Origin: Candidatus Obscuribacterales bacterium
GTDB lineage: Bacteria > Cyanobacteriota > Vampirovibrionia > Obscuribacterales > Obscuribacteraceae
Assembly (NCBI GenBank): GCA_965228855.1
Contig: CBDDIJ010000003.1
Span: 2,496,001-2,560,000 of the forward strand
Length of the DNA: 64,000 bases
Direction: 5' to 3'
Part shown: piece after piece, positions 31,901-39,671 of the stretch
Layout of the letters: the number at the start of each line of letters is the position of its first letter
Numbering within the stretch: the first letter of the stretch is position 1
Notes under the pieces: model-generated
Told to the model about the DNA's origin: nothing
What the model saw: only the letters and a program-made list of their open reading frames with translations
Database searches by the model: none
Program-made: the position numbers and the translations under genes

Positions 31901-33216
31901 ACATCAGGTAACTCTGAATTACCTCCGACAGGCTTGAGCGTTTTTCCAATCAAATCGCCCAGCGTGCCAGTGTCAGTCTTTGCACTCGGTCTAAGCGGTT
32001 CTCCTCCCACAGGTACAGCATCCGGAAGGAGGTTGTTTAAACTCTGTACGACAGAAACTTCAGGCGGCCGTCCAGAAGGAGGGTTTGCGGAATTGGTATC
32101 GGTGGTGAGAGATATAGGACTGCCCGAGGGCGCATGGCTTCTAAGAATGGCTGGTAAGGCAACATCGCTTGGCCCATCTTTCACAGGTTCTGCCTTAACC
32201 ACCGGCGGAAGAGACGCAGGTGTTTCCAACCTCGGCACCGTCAATTTAGATGCCGGTGGCGTGGGCGTGACGTTCTCGACGACATTAAGCAATCGACTCA
32301 AGTCGCTCGCCAGATCAGGATTGTTGACAGGCGCCAACGATTCATAGTCGGACGAAGTGACGCTCCCTTGCTTAGCTGGTTTAGCCGGCGGTAAAATTCC
32401 GTCGCTCAAAACTTTCACAATCGACTCCGGCGATGGGGACGCCGATAAAGGTTTAGTCCCAGCAGGCTCTACCTGCGCGGGTGTCGCCAGGCTAGATTCA
32501 CCATGGGCGGTGCCGCTGAAGACTTCAATACCCGGCAATATCGAAAGTTTGGAAGCCGCGGGAGACGGTTTCGCACTGTCGGACAGTGATGGTTTGGCAG
32601 TGAAGGATGTTGAAGAGTTCTGAACTTCGATGCTGATGGATGGCAGGTGAGGTGTCGCAGTTTCGACTATGGGAACTGGCTTGATTCCAGCATTGGCAAC
32701 CAGTGCAGCCAGGGGCGCTGATGGTTCCGCACTATCGCGAAGAAGATCCGCCCCATTGTGTTTCGTCTCAGCGTGCCTGGGCGTTGGTACCGAAACATTA
32801 TCCTGGGACGCGGCAGCCACGACCGGCAGAATTTGAAGGTCTCCCGGTCCGCTGTCATCCTTAGTATCTTTATCCTTGTTAGGATGCGGAGCCTCGACGC
32901 TCGTTTGAGCAAGAATCTCTGACAGCGACTTTGCAGCACTGATACTTACGTCACTGGGACCAGCCTCAGGAGAGGTGCTGGAGGTCGAACCAGATTTCAT
33001 GACCGGCAACGAGGCAAGGGACACATCACCGCGAATTCCCGCAGGCGAGGCCGAATGCGAAACCTCCGACGAGACCGCGGAAGGTACAACGTCCCCGGCA
33101 GAATGAGGAGCTGTCACCGAATCTGATTTCGGTGGTGCGGTTTCGAGAATATCAATCTGAAAATCCAAATTGGCAGGCGCATCGGACTGCCCAGTAGGCG
33201 CGAAGAAATCTTCCAT
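28960..33216 (-). CDS. Giant low-complexity protein with one LysM-like domain and shared C-terminal domain (paralog 1)
   Basis: P/S-rich body; RYTVQEGETIESIA..LGD..LIVTIN..GQVIWLPS; LP..MAVEDFSRNWSVY; start ATG 33216 or TTG 33333. Confidence 0.85.
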   Translation of the reverse strand: MEDFFAPTGQSDAPANLDFQIDILETAPPKSDSVTAPHSAGDVVPSAVSSEVSHSASPAGIRGDVSLASLPVMKSGSTSSTSPEAGPSDVSISAAKSLSEILAQTSVEAPHPNKDKDTKDDSGPGDLQILPVVAAASQDNVSVPTPRHAETKHNGADLLRDSAEPSAPLAALVANAGIKPVPIVETATPHLPSISIEVQNSSTSFTAKPSLSDSAKPSPAASKLSILPGIEVFSGTAHGESSLATPAQVEPAGTKPLSASPSPESIVKVLSDGILPPAKPAKQGSVTSSDYESLAPVNNPDLASDLSRLLNVVENVTPTPPASKLTVPRLETPASLPPVVKAEPVKDGPSDVALPAILRSHAPSGSPISLTTDTNSANPPSGRPPEVSVVQSLNNLLPDAVPVGGEPLRPSAKTDTGTLGDLIGKTLKPVGGNSELPDVIPAPALAHTTDKPVAKTVDPPQGSIVPLGELIANLNGTAVSPENSPITVKSLQTDKPASVPSSPNPSGLGPLLTPVLPNSENGKTSGVQSKPLAETIGLGSAIEKSFLPAIPSSSKNLGIENGAEVLPKLPVPNRVESVNSAIENVGHPTNLTTSTAVTKLPQLEVLPEKASVLNRQNSLVDGTVGNGIRATANETVGIEKVSSVVTSRTRTGSVPESHSGTNLNRSSALISKDAVENVTKSGGLANEYVSRELLKPVDLGSQRKSDGSRIDTAPLDVTAIGRFVAKMPMNSTRIDISVAPKEIPVLKTVTVARSSDAASSTGSASGLNLRELQPSIRGTLNGAPISTATRLDSGVAKVQFNSENRIDAALTATKIEFAGFSKVDNAATSKSDLTFSTRLEPSPVTKSDIISTVSKSDAVAIKSEITAGPKVDNISASKAEGSAQVKSDGAISIKIDGASGTKIDGAAGNKSDGVAAGKPDGVTAIKGDASSGSRTDTAVGRPLDGAKGDTGSRGTLTPHMVASIADAIRLGLPLPEGIAFQNGEIALRYNNEVLYFPGLKAALKFAEVVGLAKVEAKEDEAESEAGTSTWSVDTRVRYTVQEGETIESIAAVQLGDARFADLIVTINRAEILYRLAENVKVPFVYGGQVIWLPSDPELNIYRKNFFSKKSGGINPAAPRLSGEVTQQKQSGARDVLQSEFIATCGSSVKNSNPRTTVRDLPQLSLSNSVKDVADAIDRLNKAIESDVVNTALVHDGVHPLVDGMFVHASTGGDTMIAPSAIVSRAIVSSGIVSGAIVANANVSNPIVSNGIVSRDKTSSIVVPSDDVSKANVPKDNVSDIDCGLSTVFVAPEPERLIDVKILARDARIVVSDFASNPSNSFVKLEICVDGVWAAAAVYDCTPDATSRTRNGKNGVKSTMILHLPSPVVRTMAVEDFSRNWSVYRTNYIAGNVKNSQVQSVPPTPVDFTRIEIRLQPSA
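29455..29565. repeat. 15-bp coding tandem repeat (IVSxx, about 7 units)
   Basis: GAAACGATG recurs with 15-bp period. Confidence 0.75.
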
Positions 33217-33414
33217 GGCGGTAAATAATTGGGGCGATGGGGGAAGAAACACGAACGCGATACAAAGGGTTATGGGGGGTATCGAGTTGCGTAGTAAAAC
33301 TTCAAGGGGCATTGGAAGTTTGATATACGTCAATATGCGAAACGGAAAATTCCTGGACAGTCGGCGAGATTAAATCTCGTCGACCGAGAAGAATTGCCGT
33401 GACAGCCGGTCCTA

Positions 33415-33443
33415 TTGACATCCGAGCGAACCGCGCATATGAT
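33415..33443 (+). promoter_or_regulatory. Sigma70-type promoter
   Basis: TTGACA-17 bp-TATGAT, about 160 bp upstream of the 1835-aa gene. Confidence 0.8.
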
Positions 33444-33601
33444 CTTGTCGCCACGCCTGTATGCACCCGACTACAGCAGGTCCCTTACTATCGATCAAAG
33501 TAGACGACCGGAGACACGCCCCTCGACGAGGGGTATGAAGTAATAGTCGCCTTAACCCCTCGAAATCCACTTACCTTATTTGATAAACAGCGGAGTAAAA
33601 G

Positions 33602-36600
33602 ATGGCTTCAAAGTCAACGGCAGCAGCGCAAACAGATCAGACGCCGACATCTACACCAGGCAACGCTCAGCTCGCCCAAACTCAGGCTGGGAGAGATACA
33701 ACGCCAGCAGCCGGCAGTGACGCCACAACTGGTGTTGCACCACATACGGAAGTACTGCAGGGCGACAACGTCCTCAGCCAGAGTCCTCAGCCAGGCACTG
33801 CCAACGAAACTGCCGCGAAGATCATTCAACAACAGAACGAAGCGACCGGTGTGGGGGGTGTTCGCGGCGACGCCAACAATCCTATTAATACTGCGCAGAC
33901 GACAGCAGAAGTTCGACGAGCAGAAGCCGTCGCAAGAACAACCAGCACGACTCCGACCGATGCTAAGGCTCCGGTCTCAAAACCAACAGACACGGCTCCT
34001 GCGACACCGACAACAGCAGAGACTCGCAGGCAGGAAGCACTGGCAAGAACGACCTCTACACCGGCAGACGTAAAACCGCCTGCCACCACTCCTGGTGACA
34101 CTCCGGCAACCACGCCGTCGGTTGCGGAGACGCGCAGACAAGAAGCGCTAACTAGATCGAGCAGCACGCCTGCAGATGCGAAACCGGCAGATGCAAAACC
34201 GCCGGCAGCGAATCCAGTCGAAGCGAATCCAACGTCGCCGACCACAGCAGAGACCAGACGGCAAGAAGCATTAGCTAGAACTACTGGAACACCCACCGAC
34301 GCGAAACCGGCAACAGGAAATCCTAACGACACGAATCCAACGGCACCGAGTTCTGCTGAAGTTCGAAGACAAGAATCCCTTGCTAGAAACACCGGTACGA
34401 CCGTCGATGGAAAACCGCCGGCCGCCACCGCCGGTGATGCCACGCTACCCGGACAATCGCCCGCAGAAACTAGGCGGCAAGAAGCTTTGACAAGGACTGG
34501 AACCACGCCTGGTACCACGCCTGGTGCCGAGGTGAAAGCTCCGGCAGCCAACCCGGGTGAGGTCAATTCGCCGACTCGCTCGCTTCAGGATTCCAGACTT
34601 CAGAGCGCCCTGGATAGAAGCGGTAAGGGACCCGCCACCGGCGAGCAGCCATCCGGCAGCAATCCACTCGGTCCTACTGCAGAGCAGAGAAGAGCCGACG
34701 CAATAGCGCGTACCGGTGCACCTGATGTGAAACCCGCAGCGCCCCGAACCGATGCCACTGCGGTGACACCTGGAGCCAGCCCGGCAGAACAGCGTCGGGC
34801 TGAAGCACTCACCAGAGCCAATGCTACAGACAACAGACCGGCTGCACTCGCAGGCGACGGGAAGCCGCCTGTTCAACCAACTGGCGACGTGAAACCGGCT
34901 GCGGCATTATCCCCGGAACAGCGCAGAGCAGAGAGCATTGCCAGAAACAATGCCACAGATAACAGACCTGCAGCACTCACCGGCGACGGAAAGCAGCCCG
35001 TTCAACCAACTGCAGAAGTTAAACCAGCTCCGGCACTCTCGCCGGAACAGCGCAGAGCGGAAAGTATTGCCAGAAACAATGCGCCGGATAATAGACCCGC
35101 AGCACTTGCCGGTGACGGGAAAACACCTGTACAACCGACTGGCGAAGTTAAACCAACTCCTGCACTCTCACCAGAACAGCGCAGAGCGGAAAGCATCGCC
35201 AGGAATAATGCACCGGATAACAGACCCGCAGCACTTGCCGGCGACGGCAAAACAACTGTGCAACCGACTGCCGAAGTGAAACCGACTGCGACACTCTCAC
35301 CCGAACAGCGCAGAGCCGAAAGTATCGCTAGAAATGGCGCGACGGACCACCGCCCACCCGGCACAGTTGCGGATGCCAATCCGACGAGAAACATCACCGG
35401 AGACCCACCCGCGACCGGTACGGAGCGACTGAAAGGACGAGATCGGGTTGCTGACGCACCAGCGGACACGGCAAAACCGCCAGGAAAGGGCAACGCGACG
35501 GGCGACACAGTGAGACCCACGGTTAAGGCGGATGCTCCTGCCGATGCGGGAAGACGTGCGGTCAAAGCCGATGCCACAGATACCGGCACTCCTCCAGGCA
35601 GTGGTTCCACCGACTCGTTCCTGAACGGCCGCCAACAACGACAGCTTGAAACACTTCGGCAGCAAGCAGAAACCGGAACCCTCACCAGAAGCGAGCAGCG
35701 CCAACTGGAAAGACTCACGGCACTTGAAACGAGGAAAGCCGAAATTGCTTCCGCACCCACGGATCCGAGAACCCGAGCACCGAAGGTAGAAACGGTACCC
35801 AAAGCAGAAGCGCCGGCAGGCGAGGTACCCAGACCGCCGAGAGCGGAAGCACCTGGAAGCGAGTTGCCCAGAACTCCAAGAGCCGAAGCGCCGGTAGCTC
35901 AACCTAAAGAGAACAGACGAGGCACCACTGAGGCACCAACCGGAAACCCCACAGGCAATCCGTTAGTCAACCCTGATGGCAATCCTAAGGGGCGCAATAG
36001 AGATGGAGGCGTCACTGCGGAGCAGCCGCCAGGTACCGAGCGCGGACCATTTAAGCCGGGTGCTGATCCAGCTCTCAAGCCTGGCGTTGAATCTGTGTTT
36101 AAACCTGGTGGAGAACAGGCATTTAAGCCAACCGCTGATATGTCTCCCAGAGACATTCGCAGAGCACTTGCGGAAGCGCGTCAAAACCAGCCCCTCGATC
36201 CTGCTCAGCAAAAGTGGCTGGCAGAACAAACAGCTAAAATGGGCGATGGTCGCAGTCAAAACTTCGCGAGAAACTTCGAGAATCTATCGCCACAAAATCG
36301 CGCCGCTCTGATGGGTCTGGAAGGACCGCAACAAGGCGATATGATTGCCAAGCTCGGCAGAGGTCGTGCCGACATCTCAGCAATTGAAGGAAAGCTGGGC
36401 GCAGTACCAGGAGGAGATCTCAGAGCCGGGCGCACCGCAGATGGTGCCGTTGCCGGAGGCAAACCTCCACTCGGTTTGGACGGTCTGAAAGGTCCTGGTG
36501 GCGATCTTGCCCGCGGTCCTGGTGGCGACCTCGCTCGAGGTCCTGGTGCAGACCTGGCCAAAGCGCTGCAGCGCGCAGACCTCAAAATTCCTGGTCTAGA

Positions 36601-39109
36601 TGCCGCGGATCCGTCGAACAGACGATTTTTGGCGGACGCTTCATTGCGTTTCAACAATTTGAAGTTCGATGGCACCAACGCAAATATGAAAGTGTCAGAC
36701 GTTCTCAAAGGCATGGATCCTCAGAAGGTAATGGCGCTGGAAAAATTCCTTGCTGGAAACAACCAGATGCTTGAGCCGGGCAAACTCACATTCGGACAGT
36801 TGGACCAAACCAGAGTCACGCAGCTTCAAAGCCTGTTGCGTGGTAATTTTGATGCCTCTGGCCGTCAGCTGACTCCTCAAGAGTCATTCAGGCAATTGAC
36901 TCAGGGACTACTGGCTCAGCAAACAGACTCAAACCTGATAGGAAGAGGACGACTTCCCGAAGTTGGCAAACTGCTCAACGAGCAGCCGACAGCCAAGCTA
37001 TCGGAGATGGTATCCAGAACTCTCGATGCGCGTTCGCCCGTTGGCACCATGGGTGGTGCCGGAGGAATTGGCTCATTCGATTTCGGTCGTTTTGATTTCA
37101 CAGCAAAACTCAACCCCGTTCAAGAAATCCATGTGCGCAATTTACTCGACAACAGCTCCAAACTTGCAACCTTACTTGAGCAAAACATCGCGCGTACAGA
37201 CTTAACTCAGCCGAGATTTGACGTAGGGAAAGCAATTGGCTTGGCGCAGGTGATGGCCACCACCCTCGGTGACAGTCGCGGTGATTTCGCGGTGCGCGGT
37301 GATGTTCGAGCCATGATTGACAGCACTAGTGCGGTACGCGTTAATGAAGCCGGAGAGATTGTCAACACTGCCAGTGGTGCCAAGTCAGCTGACTACATTG
37401 CGAAACTTCCAATCGACGCAACAACCGGCTTGCCTTATGACCCAGCCAGCGGCAAGCTTCTCGACCCCAACACGGGCAGACCTATCGGAGACCGAGTGGC
37501 GGAAGAGAAAAAATCGTCAGACAAGAAATGGGACAAGGACGACGAAGAACTCGACGAAAAAGAGAAGAAAAAGAAAAAGCAAGACTCCGATGTCGACTCA
37601 GAGAAAGCGAAACAGAAAGCGATGCTCCTTCTACTTCAAGCGAAGAAAAAACGCGAACAGGAGCTCAAAGACAAAGCGCTTCGCGATCAAAAACGCAAAG
37701 AGGAAGACGAGAAGCGAGTCAAATACATCTGCAAAGACGGCGATACTGTTCAGTCGATCGCTCTCAAACAACTTCGCGACAGCCGCGTGACGGCTCTGAT
37801 CTACCAGATCAACAAAGAGGTCATACCTACCAAGATAGTCAACGGAGAACAAGTACCTGTCCTCCATGCCGGTCTGGTAATCTGGCTACCCTCACCCAAG
37901 GAGATCCGAGAGTTCCGCACCAAACTGGTCAGCGGTTCTCAACCCGGGACAGGACCGCAAGGAGCGAATGAGTTCGCATCTGTCGAAGACGAACTTGCAG
38001 CACGCTTCGGTGAAAACTGGGCCGGTGATGGCGAATCAAGCCCTGGAGAAGAAGCGGGCTCTGCTTCAGCACCGGCAGTTCCTCAACAAAATAGCATAGA
38101 GAAGAAACTTATGGACGACGCAATCGCAGACGCAAAGCGCCGCCGCGAAAATATCGAGGCCGCACTTGGTCCAATCGCATCAAGCAAAGCAGCGAATCGG
38201 GCGCCCACAGGACAAATCATCTACCAGGTCAGGCTCGGCGACACTCTTCGCTCCGTAGCGCAGAAGCAGCCATCCCTCGGCGATGTTCATCTGTGGCGTT
38301 TGCTTGCCGAAGTGAACGGCTTGTCGACAGAAACCGACGCCAAAGGTCAGCCGGTAGCCGGTCTGTCGCGTGGCAGCAAGATTAAACTCCCGACTCAACA
38401 AGAAATCGCAGACTATCGACAACGAATCGGCTCTATGGCCGGTCAGCCGATGCCGCGAGAACAACGCATCTCAAAAACCTGCCGCACTTGCGGCAAAGTC
38501 AATCCTGCTGCTGCATCTTCGTGCCCAGGCTGCGGATACAAATTCGGCACGATCACGCAGGCGAACGTTCCAACAGGTACCGCCCCAGTGCCGACTTCAT
38601 CCGTTCCAAGTTCCGTTTCGACGACGCCAGTTCCGACCTCGCAAGCGGGCGGACCCGAGCAATCGCAACCGAAAGACGCAGCAACAATACTTCTTGAAGG
38701 CATGAGCCAAACAACCGTTGGACGCACCGAAGATCTAGATCAACCTCCACAACGACCAGCCACTGTTAATGTCGACGCGGCTCAATCCGCGCCTCAAACA
38801 GAAGCGCAAATGTGGGCGTCGGTCAAAGACTTCGAAGCAGGTTGCCGGCTCGCCAAATCGGCCCACTCGTGGGAGACCGCAAGCGGCAAACTCGTTATTC
38901 AGCTGCAAATTAAAGAGACCGACAAGGATTGGTATCCGATTTTGGAATACGACATATTCGAATCGCATGCGCTCAGACACAGCTTCATTCGTGAAACCGG
39001 AGCGAAGAAGAGCGTCCGTATAGACTTGCCTGCTGCAGCAGCGATGGAGCTAGCGCAAAACGACCTTCTTGCAAATTGGAACAACTACAAAACCAAATTC
39101 TTTGCATAA
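33602..39109 (+). CDS. Giant repeat protein, 2 LysM-like + Zn ribbon + shared C-terminal domain (paralog 2)
   Basis: GGAG RBS; KYICKDGDTVQSIA, YQVRLGDTLRSVA, CRTC..CPGC, DLP..LAQNDLLANWNNY. Confidence 0.9.
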   Translation: MASKSTAAAQTDQTPTSTPGNAQLAQTQAGRDTTPAAGSDATTGVAPHTEVLQGDNVLSQSPQPGTANETAAKIIQQQNEATGVGGVRGDANNPINTAQTTAEVRRAEAVARTTSTTPTDAKAPVSKPTDTAPATPTTAETRRQEALARTTSTPADVKPPATTPGDTPATTPSVAETRRQEALTRSSSTPADAKPADAKPPAANPVEANPTSPTTAETRRQEALARTTGTPTDAKPATGNPNDTNPTAPSSAEVRRQESLARNTGTTVDGKPPAATAGDATLPGQSPAETRRQEALTRTGTTPGTTPGAEVKAPAANPGEVNSPTRSLQDSRLQSALDRSGKGPATGEQPSGSNPLGPTAEQRRADAIARTGAPDVKPAAPRTDATAVTPGASPAEQRRAEALTRANATDNRPAALAGDGKPPVQPTGDVKPAAALSPEQRRAESIARNNATDNRPAALTGDGKQPVQPTAEVKPAPALSPEQRRAESIARNNAPDNRPAALAGDGKTPVQPTGEVKPTPALSPEQRRAESIARNNAPDNRPAALAGDGKTTVQPTAEVKPTATLSPEQRRAESIARNGATDHRPPGTVADANPTRNITGDPPATGTERLKGRDRVADAPADTAKPPGKGNATGDTVRPTVKADAPADAGRRAVKADATDTGTPPGSGSTDSFLNGRQQRQLETLRQQAETGTLTRSEQRQLERLTALETRKAEIASAPTDPRTRAPKVETVPKAEAPAGEVPRPPRAEAPGSELPRTPRAEAPVAQPKENRRGTTEAPTGNPTGNPLVNPDGNPKGRNRDGGVTAEQPPGTERGPFKPGADPALKPGVESVFKPGGEQAFKPTADMSPRDIRRALAEARQNQPLDPAQQKWLAEQTAKMGDGRSQNFARNFENLSPQNRAALMGLEGPQQGDMIAKLGRGRADISAIEGKLGAVPGGDLRAGRTADGAVAGGKPPLGLDGLKGPGGDLARGPGGDLARGPGADLAKALQRADLKIPGLDAADPSNRRFLADASLRFNNLKFDGTNANMKVSDVLKGMDPQKVMALEKFLAGNNQMLEPGKLTFGQLDQTRVTQLQSLLRGNFDASGRQLTPQESFRQLTQGLLAQQTDSNLIGRGRLPEVGKLLNEQPTAKLSEMVSRTLDARSPVGTMGGAGGIGSFDFGRFDFTAKLNPVQEIHVRNLLDNSSKLATLLEQNIARTDLTQPRFDVGKAIGLAQVMATTLGDSRGDFAVRGDVRAMIDSTSAVRVNEAGEIVNTASGAKSADYIAKLPIDATTGLPYDPASGKLLDPNTGRPIGDRVAEEKKSSDKKWDKDDEELDEKEKKKKKQDSDVDSEKAKQKAMLLLLQAKKKREQELKDKALRDQKRKEEDEKRVKYICKDGDTVQSIALKQLRDSRVTALIYQINKEVIPTKIVNGEQVPVLHAGLVIWLPSPKEIREFRTKLVSGSQPGTGPQGANEFASVEDELAARFGENWAGDGESSPGEEAGSASAPAVPQQNSIEKKLMDDAIADAKRRRENIEAALGPIASSKAANRAPTGQIIYQVRLGDTLRSVAQKQPSLGDVHLWRLLAEVNGLSTETDAKGQPVAGLSRGSKIKLPTQQEIADYRQRIGSMAGQPMPREQRISKTCRTCGKVNPAAASSCPGCGYKFGTITQANVPTGTAPVPTSSVPSSVSTTPVPTSQAGGPEQSQPKDAATILLEGMSQTTVGRTEDLDQPPQRPATVNVDAAQSAPQTEAQMWASVKDFEAGCRLAKSAHSWETASGKLVIQLQIKETDKDWYPILEYDIFESHALRHSFIRETGAKKSVRIDLPAAAAMELAQNDLLANWNNYKTKFFA
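34784..35350. repeat. 129-bp (43-aa) coding tandem repeat, about 4.5 copies
   Basis: PEQRRAESIARN units start at 34913, 35042, 35171, 35300. Confidence 0.9.
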
Positions 39110-39671
39110 GTTAGTTGCTGCCACTATATATAGTACTAAATCTAGTGCAACATATGATACGACCTGGTATCGTTTCTGATACCAGTTTAAAGACTTTCTA
39201 AATTGATTCGACACCGTATTCAGTATCAATAAGTACTGCGAGAATTGAACCTGTTGATTTGGCAACCGAACGAATTCTGGAAAGTACTCCTGGGTGTATG
39301 CGAAAAAATCGTTTTTGGGACAGACCGAAAAGTTAAATTCGAGACCCGAGACGTCCGCCAAGAATTAATCTATTGGACACGGAAAAGCCTCAATTTACGG
39401 CTCGTTCGTAGCAAAAATGTATTCCAGACAACAGTAAACTCCCTCTAATATTAGTAGTATAAGCATGTCAAGTTAGCCGATCCCACACCCCTCTGGATCT
39501 GACTTGGCGGGCACTAAGGCTGGCACCTTCACTTTTTTGATTGCTCTTTACTACCCCTGAAGCTTTCGCGCCCACACTGTTGCCGTTTCCCAAGCCGTGC
39601 AAGCGGTTTCAGGAATCAGTGAGATGTGTATATAGAAAGTAGATCAGACATCTAGAGCAAAAAAATCTCTC

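Noticed and set aside
34784..35350. CRISPR-like regular repeats
   Set aside because: In-frame 129-bp coding repeat with synonymous variation; no unique spacers and no cas genes
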